Shown: positions 1 to 9,846 of the stretch, piece by piece
Position numbering within the stretch: position 1 is the stretch's first letter
How the letters are laid out: every line of letters begins with the position of its first letter
Sequence record: AP019521.1
DNA length: 64,000 nucleotides
Reading direction: 5' to 3' (one strand)
DNA from: Escherichia phage KIT01
The notes under the pieces: model-generated
Seen by the model: only the letters and a program-made list of their open reading frames with translations
The model's database searches: none
What the model was told of the DNA's origin: nothing
Translations under genes and position numbers: made by a program

Positions 1-103
1 TTACTGAACGAGTTAGAATAGTGTTACCAGGTTTAAGCATGATACCTGGGTTAATACTGGAGAAGTTTTTCAGAATGTTCAGAGTTTCTTTAGAGAATTT
101 CAT
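1..103 (-). CDS. 45: sliding clamp gp45, N-terminal 34 codons only (gene continues beyond window start)
   Basis: ATG at 101-103 (minus); translation MKFSKETLNILKNFSSINPGIMLKPG resembles the T4 gp45 N-terminus; lies downstream of 46 as in T4. Confidence 0.6.
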   Translation of the reverse strand, partial: MKFSKETLNILKNFSSINPGIMLKPGNTILTRSV

Positions 104-131
104 AATGTTTCCTTATCAAGTCAAAAATTAA

Positions 132-545
132 TTAAGCAATAACGATCATTTGTTTACGAATGGATTCAGGCAGAGATTCAATATACTCTGGAATCTGGGA
201 AGCAACAATAGCACCAGCTTCAAGCAGTTGTTCGTCAAAATCTACGCAATAATCATCTTCGAGACGTTCAGAACCATCACGGTCGATAACCAGTTTAGCA
301 CCTGCGGCCAGTGAATCATTATAGTGGCGACGCATAATTTCTACCCACTTATCGGATACGTCGTTATCAATGATACCGTAGAGCATGAACTTAGTTTCTT
401 GTGGAAGAGACTGCAGACGACGTGCAGAGTTGGTATCAATATTCAGTACCCATGATTTACGGATACGGTTTTGATTATGTGGGTTGGAATCAGTACGAAT
501 GGTTTTAACTTGGATATCTTTAACAGTAATAGCGTTAGCAAACAT
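132..545 (-). CDS. hypothetical protein at the position of T4 rpbA
   Basis: ORF track 132..587 begins at a TTG; internal ATG at 545 preceded by GAGAGAAA chosen as start; synteny only. Confidence 0.4.
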   Translation of the reverse strand: MFANAITVKDIQVKTIRTDSNPHNQNRIRKSWVLNIDTNSARRLQSLPQETKFMLYGIIDNDVSDKWVEIMRRHYNDSLAAGAKLVIDRDGSERLEDDYCVDFDEQLLEAGAIVASQIPEYIESLPESIRKQMIVIA

Positions 546-607
546 AATATTTTCTCTCATTTGGTTGGTAGATGTATTATAAATCAATATTTTAAAGCAC
601 TTAACGT

Positions 608-802
608 TTAATCAAAGTATTCATAAACGAACCAGGCAGGGTTCCTGTTCGACATGATTCTATCATACTCTGACTTAAAAGCATTTCGGAGATAATCTTC
701 AGTAACAAGATGTTCGTCTCCAGAGAAGTTATTAACTAAAACATACCGCTTTAGTTCAGGAACGGCCAACAAATGCTGGCCTGTTATAAAATTGGAAGCC
801 AT
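608..802 (-). CDS. hypothetical small protein (position of T4 45.2)
   Basis: 64-aa ORF on the early strand between rpbA-like ORF and gene 46. Confidence 0.4.
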   Translation of the reverse strand: MASNFITGQHLLAVPELKRYVLVNNFSGDEHLVTEDYLRNAFKSEYDRIMSNRNPAWFVYEYFD

Positions 803-839
803 ATAAATATCTTTATCAGTCGCTGTATCAAATAAGGAT

Positions 840-1562
840 TTGATAATGAATTATAAATCAATATACGAAAAGCTTATTCAACGAGCAGTTAATAGAAATT
901 TAACTACCTATAAAGAACGTCATCACATTATACCACAATGCATGGGTGGGACGGATGACGCTTTAAACTTGGTAGACTTAACACCTGAAGAACATTACTT
1001 GGCTCATCAGTTGTTAGTTAAAATCCATCCAGATAACGCATCGTTAGTCTACGCAGCAAGAATGATGACAGTTAGCTCACCAAAAGCTGATAGGTCTAAA
1101 AATAAATTATTTGGATGGCTTCGTCGTAAGAATTCAGAAGCCCAAAAGGATAAAGAATTCTCTGAAGAAACCAGAAAGAAAATGTCAATTTCTGCTTTAA
1201 AAAAGCCTAGAGTTACCTGTCCACACTGCGGCAAAACTGGATTGGTAGGCAATATGAACAGATGGCATTTCGATAACTGCCCTAAAGGCCCTAATAAAGT
1301 GGACCGCTCTATATCTGAAGAGCAAAAATTAAAAATAAAGAAAGGCCTAGAAAACATGGTCTATAAAATTGTGGAATGTGAATTCTGCGGCCTTTCAGGA
1401 AAATCCTGTGTTATTGCCTCTCATAAAGTTTTTTGTAAGAAAAATCCTAACGGGCGCAAAAAAACAGAAAAGAAGGTAGAATGCCCTCATTGTGGTAAAC
1501 AAGGGAATTCCGGTAATATGAATCGTTGGCATTTCGATAACTGTAAAATGAAGCCTCAATAA
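840..1562 (+). CDS. HNH homing endonuclease (Mob-like) with C-terminal Cys/His zinc-ribbon repeats
   Basis: HHIIPQCMGG...N...EEHYLAHQ HNH motif; two CPHCGK...NRWHFDNC repeats; only plus-strand gene inside a minus-strand early block. Confidence 0.75.
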   Translation: MIMNYKSIYEKLIQRAVNRNLTTYKERHHIIPQCMGGTDDALNLVDLTPEEHYLAHQLLVKIHPDNASLVYAARMMTVSSPKADRSKNKLFGWLRRKNSEAQKDKEFSEETRKKMSISALKKPRVTCPHCGKTGLVGNMNRWHFDNCPKGPNKVDRSISEEQKLKIKKGLENMVYKIVECEFCGLSGKSCVIASHKVFCKKNPNGRKKTEKKVECPHCGKQGNSGNMNRWHFDNCKMKPQ

Positions 1563-1567
1563 GAGGC

Positions 1568-3250
1568 TTATTCCATAATTGTAAATCGACCAACCTTTTT
1601 CATTTGTAAATGCTGACCGTACGCTTGAGGGTCATGGTCCCTGTGGCTGATTATAAAAACATTACTGTCTTCAAGACTATTAAGAATACTTGCAATCGCC
1701 TTAACAGCCTCAGCGTCAACTGCTCCGTCAAAAACTTCATCCAACACTAATGTACTGATGTGGACTCCACTGACTTTTTCAGCAATATCACGCCATGTAA
1801 AAAGTAGTGCGATATCAATACGTGCTTTCTCACCCTGTGAAAATGAAGCATAACTAAAGTCTTCACGTCCACGTGATTTAATCGTCTCATTGAATTCTTC
1901 GTCTAGGGTAAAGACGTAGTCGGCTTCCATAATCTTCAAATAAGAATTTATCTGCTTATTAAAGATAGGAATGTATTTCTTAATAATGGAACCTTTAATA
2001 CCGGTATCCTTCAACATTTCTGTTAGAATTCCACGATGATATTTTTCCATTACCAATGTGGATTTGGTAGAGACGATTTTATCAAGTTCTGCTTGAAGCG
2101 CTGCAATCTCTTCGGCGTTACTTACGAACTCAGCAGCGGCCTGGTCAATTAATACTTTAACCTTTTTAGCTTTCTCTACGGCAGTAATGGCTTGTTGCTT
2201 ATGAGTAGCTATCTGGGATTTAATAGCCAGAGCTTTATTACGTTGTTCGGTTACTTGGTCCTTAATGAGCTTGAGTTCTTGATACTGCTCATTAATCTTA
2301 TCCAAAGATTTTTGAAGCTCAAAGTTCTTATCCTTAATTTTAGTAAGGATATTTCCGTGCTCTTCCAATCCTTGCATACACGTAGGACAGCTGCCGCCAG
2401 TTTCGTATAATTTCACGACCTTAGTAAAGGTTGCCATATCATTCTTGATTGCAAACCCTTTATTGCTCAGGTCACTCATGGAGTTGCTAGGGTCATCATC
2501 GACGATAACATTGAGTAATTCATCAGTTAGTTTTTCTATATTGCCCTTCGCAGTCCTGGCTTCTTTAACGAGCTCGTCATACATTACTTGTAGACGTGCT
2601 GCGTTCTCGCCAGATAATTTACGTTGACGTTCTTCGTTGTCATTATAAATTTTAATCTGTTGGGTAATAGAATCCTGTTTAACGTCGATTACTTGGATTT
2701 GGCTATTAGTCTCACGAATCAAAGATTTGTTCAACTTATCCATATCCGCTAATACAGAAACCTCTAAGAGGTCTTCGACGAGTTTTCTTCTTGCAGGAGT
2801 GGATAGGCCCATAAAAGGGGTATATCCAGCTGTCCCGAGTACGACAATCTGTTTGAAGCTTGTGTAGGACATTCCGATAAGCTGTTCAAATTCTGCTTGG
2901 AAGTCCTTACTGCTGGCAGATTCATCAAGACGTTCACCGCCACAAGAGATTTCAAAAACGTTGGGTTTTTGCCCACGTTTGATGTAGTATTCTTTGCCAT
3001 CATATTCCATCCACAGTTCGACCAAAAGGTCTTTCTTATTACTTGAGTTAATCAACTGCCCTTTCTTAACATCACGAAAAGGCTTACCAAACAGAGCAAA
3101 TGTAACAGCTTCAAGGAACGTAGATTTCCCAGCGCCATTTTTACCGGTGACTAAGGTCTTTTGGACCTTATCAAGTTGGATTGTAATAGGTTGCTGGCCT
3201 ACCGACATAATATTTTTATACGTTACTTTCTTTAACTTAAAAGTCTTCAT
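1568..3250 (-). CDS. 46: recombination endonuclease subunit gp46 (Rad50/SbcC-like ATPase)
   Basis: MKTFKLKKVTYKNIMSVGQ...GKNGAGKST Walker A and overall match to T4 gp46; ATG at 3250 chosen (track start 3262). Confidence 0.9.
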   Translation of the reverse strand: MKTFKLKKVTYKNIMSVGQQPITIQLDKVQKTLVTGKNGAGKSTFLEAVTFALFGKPFRDVKKGQLINSSNKKDLLVELWMEYDGKEYYIKRGQKPNVFEISCGGERLDESASSKDFQAEFEQLIGMSYTSFKQIVVLGTAGYTPFMGLSTPARRKLVEDLLEVSVLADMDKLNKSLIRETNSQIQVIDVKQDSITQQIKIYNDNEERQRKLSGENAARLQVMYDELVKEARTAKGNIEKLTDELLNVIVDDDPSNSMSDLSNKGFAIKNDMATFTKVVKLYETGGSCPTCMQGLEEHGNILTKIKDKNFELQKSLDKINEQYQELKLIKDQVTEQRNKALAIKSQIATHKQQAITAVEKAKKVKVLIDQAAAEFVSNAEEIAALQAELDKIVSTKSTLVMEKYHRGILTEMLKDTGIKGSIIKKYIPIFNKQINSYLKIMEADYVFTLDEEFNETIKSRGREDFSYASFSQGEKARIDIALLFTWRDIAEKVSGVHISTLVLDEVFDGAVDAEAVKAIASILNSLEDSNVFIISHRDHDPQAYGQHLQMKKVGRFTIME

Positions 3251-3500
3251 CGTTATAAGCATCCTTGATGCATGATTCAGCCATATGAATTAATGTTTCT
3301 GGAGTATCATCTACCATTACATTAAAGCTAAATTCCACAGCCCAATCGGTAGCAACATAAACTTTAATAAGCTCGTTGGTATCGCGAGTGCTCACGGCTT
3401 CAAACCAGAACTTAATTGTATTAGGTTGTCCGTCGTCATCAATAACGATACAGTCGTGTTCTAGTTCAAGGCCTGATTTTTTGAATTCATCTAAAGTCAT
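3237..3500 (-). CDS. hypothetical protein (46.1-like)
   Basis: 87-aa ORF coupled between 47 and 46 with ATGA overlap to gp47 stop. Confidence 0.5.
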   Translation of the reverse strand: MTLDEFKKSGLELEHDCIVIDDDGQPNTIKFWFEAVSTRDTNELIKVYVATDWAVEFSFNVMVDDTPETLIHMAESCIKDAYNDEDF

Positions 3501-4519
3501 CGTGTAACCTCATTATAAAGTTGCGCGGCCATAGTCTTAAGGGCTTTAACATCATCTTCAGTGTGGCCGTCAGGAAGGGCATCGATATAATCATACATCA
3601 TATCCAAGAGGGACTTAACTTCATCTTCCTCTTCAGAATCATCGATATCAACACTGTTATCTACCTTAGACACAATACGTAAAGAATGGACAACCTTTTC
3701 AAGCTCTGATTCGAACTTAGTAAGTCCATCATCGATTTTATCGACTATAACACGAACTGCGATATTTGTAAAATCTTTGTAATCGATAGTCGCATTTGGA
3801 TAATGAATCTTACGGTGCCAACAGGTTTCATTGATGATGAAATCCATCTTATGAGTTTCTGTATCGAAAATCCAGAAGCCGCGAGGGTCATTCTCATCAC
3901 CTGCAGTTAGGGTCCAGGGCGTACCAATATACTTAACGTTTGCTGCATCAGAAATAGTGTGGAAGTGGCCTGACCAAACCTGCTTATATCTCTTAAGGAA
4001 ATCAGGTTCTAAACCATGGGATTTCATTCCTTTATAGAAATAGAAACCATTTAATTCCCAGTGACCTATACAGAAATCTGCCGTGGTATTTTTGATATGG
4101 TCCATGATATCAGTCGTGTTTTCTTCACACATCCATGGAATCAAATCAATTTCGGTGCCATCAAAATTAACAGTAGTAGGTTTCTCGTAAACAGTAAAAT
4201 TTTCATACTGAGTAAGAAGTTCAGAAACTGCATTAGGAGTTATGCTATTTTTAAACGTTGCATCATGGTTACCAATTATAACATGGACTTTAATACCTGC
4301 ATCGCTGATAATTTCCACCAGACCACGATTAAATTCCATACATTTATGGGTGATAGCCTTGCGTACATCGAACCAATCACCATATTGAATCCATGTATCA
4401 ATATTGTTTGCTTTAGAATATTCTACAGCCTGTTTAATACCGTTAAGCTGGATTTTCTGAATCCAAGGGTCATCGGCTTTTACTCCGATATGCAAATCAC
4501 CTATATTCAAAATTTTCAT
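3497..4519 (-). CDS. 47: recombination endonuclease subunit gp47 (Mre11/SbcD-like phosphoesterase)
   Basis: MKILNIGDLHIG...GNHD metallophosphatase motifs; upstream partner of gp46. Confidence 0.9.
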   Translation of the reverse strand: MKILNIGDLHIGVKADDPWIQKIQLNGIKQAVEYSKANNIDTWIQYGDWFDVRKAITHKCMEFNRGLVEIISDAGIKVHVIIGNHDATFKNSITPNAVSELLTQYENFTVYEKPTTVNFDGTEIDLIPWMCEENTTDIMDHIKNTTADFCIGHWELNGFYFYKGMKSHGLEPDFLKRYKQVWSGHFHTISDAANVKYIGTPWTLTAGDENDPRGFWIFDTETHKMDFIINETCWHRKIHYPNATIDYKDFTNIAVRVIVDKIDDGLTKFESELEKVVHSLRIVSKVDNSVDIDDSEEEDEVKSLLDMMYDYIDALPDGHTEDDVKALKTMAAQLYNEVTR

Positions 4520-5370
4520 AATCTACCTTTATAATGTATTTCACTATTAAATTCTATCTCAGAAATCATAAAGCTTTTTATGCCGTCATTAGCCCAGATT
4601 TTCTTAGGTCTAGTAATTGTAACTGTAGGCTTAAAAATTTTATAAACCAAATTGTGATAATTACCATCCATAAAACCTTTAGCTAAAGCTATTTCTCTAA
4701 ATTTATACGGTGGCAAAAATCCAGTAGAAATCCAAAGCTCTTTTAATTCTTTTTGAATATCAGGGTCATATATCCCATCGGTCTTTTTCAAGTTTTTCTT
4801 ATGTTCATCGGTTAGAAAACTGCCAAGGACCCAAGATTCAGGTTGTTTTCCTTCTACAAATAATCCTTTATCAACGCCATTGTTATACCACTTCTTACCC
4901 TTATTATGACTAGATGCTTTATAATTAGGAGAACGACCTTCTACGTATCCTTCGGGGACTGTAGGTGCAAAGGTTTGTTCTAATGTAACAGGATTATAGG
5001 AATGAATATATCCTTTGGCATTATGAGAGCCATAAAGAGGGTGTTGCTCTTTAGGTAGCGAAAGCCCAAAGAATCCTTTAGGAGCGGCGACAGCCCTATT
5101 AAAGAATAGAGGATTTTGGGCTGCGTCAGTTCTTAACTGGTACATTCTTTCAGCTTCTAAAGCCTCTTCTCTTGTAGGGTGTTCGCTTACAATACACGAG
5201 TCGAATAATTCAGGATGCTCTAAAAGCTCATTTTTATATATTTCTTTATATGCTTTAGAAAGGACACTCCCGTGATACCCTTTCAAATGCTTCTCCAAAG
5301 TGGTAGACCCTATATAAAACGGTGGAAGCTTAGTCCCGGAATATATTGTCAGGTATGTGATGTATTTCAT
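4516..5370 (-). CDS. putative GIY-YIG-like endonuclease (Seg-like)
   Basis: N-terminal YLTIYSGTKLPPFYIGST...LEKHLKGYH resembles a degenerate GIY-(10)-YIG module; occupies the position of T4 a-gt; weak RBS. Confidence 0.4.
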   Translation of the reverse strand: MKYITYLTIYSGTKLPPFYIGSTTLEKHLKGYHGSVLSKAYKEIYKNELLEHPELFDSCIVSEHPTREEALEAERMYQLRTDAAQNPLFFNRAVAAPKGFFGLSLPKEQHPLYGSHNAKGYIHSYNPVTLEQTFAPTVPEGYVEGRSPNYKASSHNKGKKWYNNGVDKGLFVEGKQPESWVLGSFLTDEHKKNLKKTDGIYDPDIQKELKELWISTGFLPPYKFREIALAKGFMDGNYHNLVYKIFKPTVTITRPKKIWANDGIKSFMISEIEFNSEIHYKGRL

Positions 5371-5396
5371 AGATTTATTTTATCATCCATTCAGAA

Positions 5397-5421
5397 AGCA
5401 AAAAAGGAGCCTAAGCTCCTT
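5397..5421 (-). terminator. rho-independent terminator (hairpin AAGGAGC-CTAA-GCTCCTT plus T-run on minus strand)
   Basis: perfect 7-bp stem at 5404-5421 followed on the minus strand by TTTTGC. Confidence 0.5.
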
Positions 5422-5584
5422 TACCAACTAATACACCATACAGAGGTTCATGAGAAGACCTGAACTTGATTTTCTTATAGGTAATAGTACCTTCGTTTTC
5501 TGCTTTAATACGAGCGGCTTCAAATTGAAGAATCATCTCGTTTTTGTCAGATTTAATCTTATCAAAATCCATCGAATTCGTCAT
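5411..5584 (-). CDS. hypothetical small protein (57 aa)
   Basis: ATG at 5584 preceded by AAGAGG; below ORF-track size cut-off; stop inside terminator hairpin. Confidence 0.35.
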   Translation of the reverse strand: MTNSMDFDKIKSDKNEMILQFEAARIKAENEGTITYKKIKFRSSHEPLYGVLVGKGA

Positions 5585-5642
5585 TCATACGACCTCTTAA
5601 ACTTTTTCGTATTCGTCTTTCATTAGCCACCTGTCCACGTTA

Positions 5643-5843
5643 TCATCGTTGCCACCATTTCTTAAGTTGATGAGAATCTACCCAAACCTTGGCTACGGGC
5701 TCAATCTTAAAAATACCATCAGAATATTGGCCCATCATTTTGTATTCGGTTTCGGACTGCTTAATACAGATATTACCGTATGAGCGAAGTCTAAAGGCGG
5801 CTCCAATAAGAAGCCGTTTAAAGGGTTTATTTACTAGAGCCAT
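5643..5843 (-). CDS. hypothetical protein
   Basis: 66-aa ORF on early strand. Confidence 0.35.
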   Translation of the reverse strand: MALVNKPFKRLLIGAAFRLRSYGNICIKQSETEYKMMGQYSDGIFKIEPVAKVWVDSHQLKKWWQR

Positions 5844-6138
5844 TGACGATTTCCCAAATTTGTTTGCGGGTAGATTCCCACATCAATTGAACAAGTTCAT
5901 CAGTAACAGGTTGACGGTAAATACCACGTAATTTAATTAAAGCGTACTTATATGCTTCAAAGTTGTTTTCAAGTACAGCGCCTTGGGCATGGAGATTTAA
6001 ACGACGGATTTCACGAGCGTTCTTCTTAAGAATCTTAGCCGCTTGCGAATTAGCTTCTTTAATATTGTGCTCTTCTAAACGTTGCTGGGCTTCTTCAATT
6101 TGCTCATCAGTCAATTGAGAAATGACATGGCTTTGCAT
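5827..6138 (-). CDS. hypothetical protein
   Basis: 103-aa ORF; AAGGA 8 nt upstream of ATG at 6138. Confidence 0.45.
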   Translation of the reverse strand: MQSHVISQLTDEQIEEAQQRLEEHNIKEANSQAAKILKKNAREIRRLNLHAQGAVLENNFEAYKYALIKLRGIYRQPVTDELVQLMWESTRKQIWEIVNGSSK

Positions 6139-6139
6139 A

Positions 6140-6370
6140 TTAATCCTTTGGAGTCAATTCAATAGTGAAGTAGAAATTAGCGTTCTCAACATGATAACGA
6201 TAATCTACGTTATTGTCAGGAGAAGTGAATTCAATATTCCTGACGTTAAGTGGGTCAATATCAATAGGAAGGCCTTTAACATCCCGTAATATCAATTTAA
6301 TAAAATAAGGGAGTGCTTCGAAGTCTTCCATTCCATCTAAAAGTGGAGTGATATTAATCTGATGTTCCAT
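6140..6370 (-). CDS. hypothetical small protein
   Basis: ORF track 6140..6406 starts at GTG and overlaps gene 55; ATG at 6370 used; no clear RBS. Confidence 0.3.
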   Translation of the reverse strand: MEHQINITPLLDGMEDFEALPYFIKLILRDVKGLPIDIDPLNVRNIEFTSPDNNVDYRYHVENANFYFTIELTPKD

Positions 6371-6911
6371 ATAAAAAATCCAGTTCACCAACTTTAGGTT
6401 CGGCACTCTTATCAGACCCTGGTGCTTTAGTTAAAGAGGTTTCATACTGAGTCATTTTGTCGTAGATATCTTGGATAAAGGTTTCATCTGCAATACCTAC
6501 CATGTCGTCATCATTACTGTCATAGACATTATGGACGAAGTAGCTATATTTCTTTGCCATTTCTTTACGTTCTTTTTTGATACGCTGAACGAAGGCATTA
6601 AAACAAGCCATAGTGATATATGCATGTGGGTTGTCGTATTTTGTTTCGTCGAAGTTGTGAAGACCTTTAATCGAAGCTTCGATTCCATCAGCAATCATTT
6701 CTTGCTTCCAAGATTGGGTATATCCTGAGAAGTTGAAACGTTTACTTAGTCCTTCAGCAATGAGCATAATAGCCAAGCCAATAACGTCGTTCTGGCGAAC
6801 TATTTTATTAGGATCGGTATTTTCTCTGAGCTCTGTTTTCCATTGGGTGATAGCTTTCAGAAGCTCCTTATTATTTACATAGTTATTTTTAGTCAGTTTA
6901 ATTTCGGTCAT
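6354..6911 (-). CDS. 55: late-transcription sigma factor gp55
   Basis: 185 aa; NYVNNKELL...[41 protein letters not shown] matches T4 gp55 closely. Confidence 0.9.
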   Translation of the reverse strand: MTEIKLTKNNYVNNKELLKAITQWKTELRENTDPNKIVRQNDVIGLAIMLIAEGLSKRFNFSGYTQSWKQEMIADGIEASIKGLHNFDETKYDNPHAYITMACFNAFVQRIKKERKEMAKKYSYFVHNVYDSNDDDMVGIADETFIQDIYDKMTQYETSLTKAPGSDKSAEPKVGELDFLYGTSD

Positions 6912-6977
6912 TGTTACCTCGGATAACTCAAATCATAGGTCTATTATATCATGGTATTTGAAGACCCTTTTAAAGCA

Positions 6978-7241
6978 TCAACGGAGTAAGCAATAAGCCT
7001 GAAATACTGTTTCAAGGATTTGTGTGAACTCGGAATAAGAAATTGTATCAGTACATCCATGTTCAGACATATATCCACAAAATTCTTTAAAAAGACCTGG
7101 ATATTCACGATGGTTGTATTTGGAAATATGAGACTTCCATACTAAAGAAGTCTCACCACAAACAAACTCAACATCCATACGGTTATCTATTAAGAAAAAT
7201 CCGAGACCTTCGTAGGCGAGGGTGGTGGATATGGGTTTCAT
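6978..7241 (-). CDS. hypothetical protein
   Basis: 87-aa ORF, coupled to neighbours. Confidence 0.4.
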   Translation of the reverse strand: MKPISTTLAYEGLGFFLIDNRMDVEFVCGETSLVWKSHISKYNHREYPGLFKEFCGYMSEHGCTDTISYSEFTQILETVFQAYCLLR

Positions 7242-7504
7242 TGTAGGAATCGGGCTCCTTCCAAGGCATCATCTAGGTTATCGAACTCGTCGACATAATC
7301 AACACCGCCAACTTCGTCCTTCGCATAAAGCCAATACTGTTTAAATTCATATTCAATAATAAAGTGGTCGCCTTCAATTTGAAGAGCCCCATCACCATTA
7401 AATTGAACTGCATAACCTGTAAAGCGGACATCATTCAAGAGTTCTTCTTTCATAGCAATCATTTCCAAGTTTTTATCGTAATTAGAGAGTTTTATTTTAA
7501 TCAT
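7238..7504 (-). CDS. hypothetical protein
   Basis: 88-aa ORF, ATGA overlap with downstream gene. Confidence 0.45.
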   Translation of the reverse strand: MIKIKLSNYDKNLEMIAMKEELLNDVRFTGYAVQFNGDGALQIEGDHFIIEYEFKQYWLYAKDEVGGVDYVDEFDNLDDALEGARFLQ

Positions 7505-7830
7505 TTCGCTGCCTTAACAATTTTCAGGTCAACGAATTTTTTCTTACGTTGGTTTTTCATACGACGGATAGTTTTATCCGTGATTTCACCAGGGGCCCAA
7601 GCTTTAGATTCAACACCAAATGCAGCGACATCGAATTCATCAAGGATATATTGAACCAGGATTTCACGAATACCGTTCTTACCAATTTTCTGGTCTTTAG
7701 AGTGCATGATTGGTAATAGTTCAGCAACCCATTGGTCAAGAACCTGAGGAGTTACAAAACCGGTTTTCATCAGTTCGTTTACTTTATCGAAAGCGAAAGA
7801 GTTCAGTACGTTTTTAATAGCTTGTGACAT
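7501..7830 (-). CDS. hypothetical protein
   Basis: ATG at 7830 preceded by GAGGAAA; track ORF 7501..7926 has an N-terminal extension. Confidence 0.5.
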   Translation of the reverse strand: MSQAIKNVLNSFAFDKVNELMKTGFVTPQVLDQWVAELLPIMHSKDQKIGKNGIREILVQYILDEFDVAAFGVESKAWAPGEITDKTIRRMKNQRKKKFVDLKIVKAAK

Positions 7831-7864
7831 AATAATTTCCTCAGTTTTAAAGTTATAATCCGTA

Positions 7865-7899
7865 GGACCATTATACTCTGGTCCCAAGAGTTTGTAAAC
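7865..7899 (-). promoter_or_regulatory. early sigma70-type promoter with inverted repeat flanking the -10 (PeSL-like)
   Basis: minus strand GTTTAC(7894-7899)-17 nt-GTATAA(7871-7876); GGACCA/TGGTCC arms. Confidence 0.5.
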
Positions 7900-8099
7900 T
7901 ATTTTTGTGCTTTGGCGCCTTTCCAACCTTCATACATCATTCCGGCGGAAATTAACAAAGCACCCGAGCAACTTGAATACTTGTGATTCCAAAACCAGTT
8001 TAGAAAAACTTCGTCATCAATACCTTGAGCTATCATATTTTCAAAGAACTGACGACGAGCTTCAGCAATTCGCTGTGATAATTTAGATTCAGGATTCAT
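7899..8099 (-). CDS. hypothetical protein
   Basis: 66-aa ORF. Confidence 0.4.
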   Translation of the reverse strand: MNPESKLSQRIAEARRQFFENMIAQGIDDEVFLNWFWNHKYSSCSGALLISAGMMYEGWKGAKAQK

Positions 8100-8231
8100 T
8101 TAAATTTTCCAATTGCCATTTTCATCAATGAATTTAACCCAGTCATTTACTGACCACTTGGTTGTATCGCCTTTTGGACTAACATTTAAAGTGTATAGTC
8201 CTTGCTTAAAAAGCATTCGTTTGATATTCAT
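8100..8231 (-). CDS. hypothetical small protein
   Basis: ATG at 8231 preceded by GAGGAAAA; track ORF 8100..8324 overlaps neighbour out of frame. Confidence 0.3.
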   Translation of the reverse strand: MNIKRMLFKQGLYTLNVSPKGDTTKWSVNDWVKFIDENGNWKI

Positions 8232-8238
8232 ATTTTCC

Positions 8239-8532
8239 TCAGCTGTAACGATAACACTCGTTTGATTTACGTTTTGCAACTTGATGAGAAGTATTGTAAT
8301 CAGGTTCATCGTCGTTGTAAACATCTTTTTTCAGCTTTCTCACTTCTTTACGAAGTTGGCGATTCATTTCATTCTTAACTTCAGAGTCAACGCCTCTCAT
8401 ACGTTTCCACTTGTCGGAACGGAAGATATTTTCTTCAACCAAATCCTGACTTACGCCGACCGGTGCTTTACGACGTCCGGAATAATAAAAATCTTTTACA
8501 GACAATTCTTTACGACGAATAGTTTTACCCAT
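8239..8532 (-). CDS. hypothetical basic protein
   Basis: 97-aa Lys/Arg-rich ORF. Confidence 0.45.
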   Translation of the reverse strand: MGKTIRRKELSVKDFYYSGRRKAPVGVSQDLVEENIFRSDKWKRMRGVDSEVKNEMNRQLRKEVRKLKKDVYNDDEPDYNTSHQVAKRKSNECYRYS

Positions 8533-8534
8533 AG

Positions 8535-8789
8535 TTACCTCAGCAGTTTGTATCCAATAAGATTTTTAATGTATTGGACATCTTTGACATCCAAATCTAA
8601 CTTAATATCTTTCAGGCGTTCAGCCAGAGTAAGAAATGTTACACGTTTCCAATTCTTAACAGGGCAGCAATAAGTTTTCGGGCCGTTAGCGATTTCAATA
8701 TTTTTATCAGTGATGGTGAGAAAAATCAGGCGCTCATCATCCAGATTAAGTGTGACGATATTTTTCATTGAATGTAATTTCAGGCTCAT
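8535..8789 (-). CDS. hypothetical protein
   Basis: 84-aa ORF. Confidence 0.45.
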   Translation of the reverse strand: MSLKLHSMKNIVTLNLDDERLIFLTITDKNIEIANGPKTYCCPVKNWKRVTFLTLAERLKDIKLDLDVKDVQYIKNLIGYKLLR

Positions 8790-8968
8790 AATTTGATTTC
8801 CTTAGCTATTGAACAAAACACGCTACGGTCACATACCATCATTGGAATATTTCTATGGTCTAGTACACGATACCATACGTCTGAATCGCTAGCAGCAATT
8901 ACACGAACCGCACGCCCATTTACCAAATAATACTGGTCGGCTTTAATTTCTTTATCTTGGATAGTCAT
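8786..8968 (-). CDS. hypothetical protein
   Basis: 60-aa ORF with GAGGAGAA RBS; first gene after a PeSL-like promoter. Confidence 0.45.
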   Translation of the reverse strand: MTIQDKEIKADQYYLVNGRAVRVIAASDSDVWYRVLDHRNIPMMVCDRSVFCSIAKEIKL

Positions 8969-8974
8969 AATGTT

Positions 8975-9026
8975 CTCCTCATGTGTTGGTAGGATAGACT
9001 ATAACACGTGAGGAGAGGAAGTAAAC
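8975..9026 (-). promoter_or_regulatory. early promoter with SD-pairing inverted repeat (PeSL-like)
   Basis: GTTTAC(9021-9026)-17 nt-TATAGT(8998-9003); arms CTCCTCATGTG(8975-8985)/CACGTGAGGAG(9005-9015). Confidence 0.5.
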
Positions 9027-9027
9027 A

Positions 9028-9345
9028 CTAATCTTCAATTAAATCTCGGTCATAACCAAGTTCAATCAAAAGTGATTTGAAGGTAGGAATATTTTCTATT
9101 TTCTTATTATCGACAAATATGACAGGATAGCGTATCGCTAAGCTCTTGAAGCCGGCACGTTTGGCCAATGATACTATAAGAGGCTTGTCATATACTGCGC
9201 CTGACGGCGTCTGGTTAATCACGGGATAGAAAGTATGTGGGATAGAAAGGGAATTTAGGAGCGATAGAACTGCAATGCACCCTGGACAGCGCATGACTGT
9301 CTCAGGGATGCCGTAGATTTCGATTTTAGTTAACTTTTGGTCCAC
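9028..9345 (-). CDS. thioredoxin-fold protein (glutaredoxin/NrdH-like)
   Basis: IEIYG...RCPGC active-site-like CxxC and YPVIFVDNKKI motif typical of glutaredoxins. Confidence 0.5.
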   Translation of the reverse strand: MDQKLTKIEIYGIPETVMRCPGCIAVLSLLNSLSIPHTFYPVINQTPSGAVYDKPLIVSLAKRAGFKSLAIRYPVIFVDNKKIENIPTFKSLLIELGYDRDLIED

Positions 9346-9622
9346 AGGAAATAACTCCTTGGTAGTCCCATGTTTTTAGAACTTCGTCTTCATTAGTTCC
9401 GTATGGGACGTAAACCTGTACAAGAAAACCTGTGTCATCGAAAGAGAAATAAACTGTCGGTTTGATTCCGTGAATCTCTGATAGAGCATAGATGTCTTTA
9501 AGGTCTTCTTCCTTACCGACAAAGAATTCCGGGTTCAGGTCACAGTCATGGAAGTACCAATCATCACCGAACTTGTCCCATGCGGTCCAATTCAAAGCTA
9601 CATATTCTTCAAAACGTTTCAT
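9326..9622 (-). CDS. hypothetical protein
   Basis: 98-aa ORF. Confidence 0.45.
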   Translation of the reverse strand: MKRFEEYVALNWTAWDKFGDDWYFHDCDLNPEFFVGKEEDLKDIYALSEIHGIKPTVYFSFDDTGFLVQVYVPYGTNEDEVLKTWDYQGVISCGPKVN

Positions 9623-9846
9623 TCTTTCACCTTCATCATTTTAGAAATAACACTATGAACAGACTGGATTCGTTTTTCGAACTCAGACGCTTCAAGACCT
9701 TTTTCAGTACTCAGGGCGCCAATAATCACAAACAGCAATCCAAATGGGATGACCAGGATTAAAAGGCACACGATAAACAGGACAAATGTAATATTGGCCA
9801 GGATATCAGAAACAGCATTACGAAATTTGTTCATTAAAGAACCCAC
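9619..9846 (-). CDS. small membrane protein
   Basis: 75 aa with hydrophobic stretch FVLFIVCLLILVIPFGLLFVIIGAL. Confidence 0.45.
   Translation of the reverse strand: MGSLMNKFRNAVSDILANITFVLFIVCLLILVIPFGLLFVIIGALSTEKGLEASEFEKRIQSVHSVISKMMKVKE

Noticed and set aside
1049-1357. Minus-strand ORF inside the HNH endonuclease gene
   Set aside because: Antisense to a gene with clear HNH motifs; no independent support.
2192-2627. Plus-strand ORFs 2192..2410 and 2445..2627 (and similar ones at 4061..4534, 6471..6728, 33116..33706, 36317..36706)
   Set aside because: They lie antisense inside well-supported minus-strand genes (46, 47, 55 and others), have low-complexity translations and no RBS; treated as shadow ORFs.
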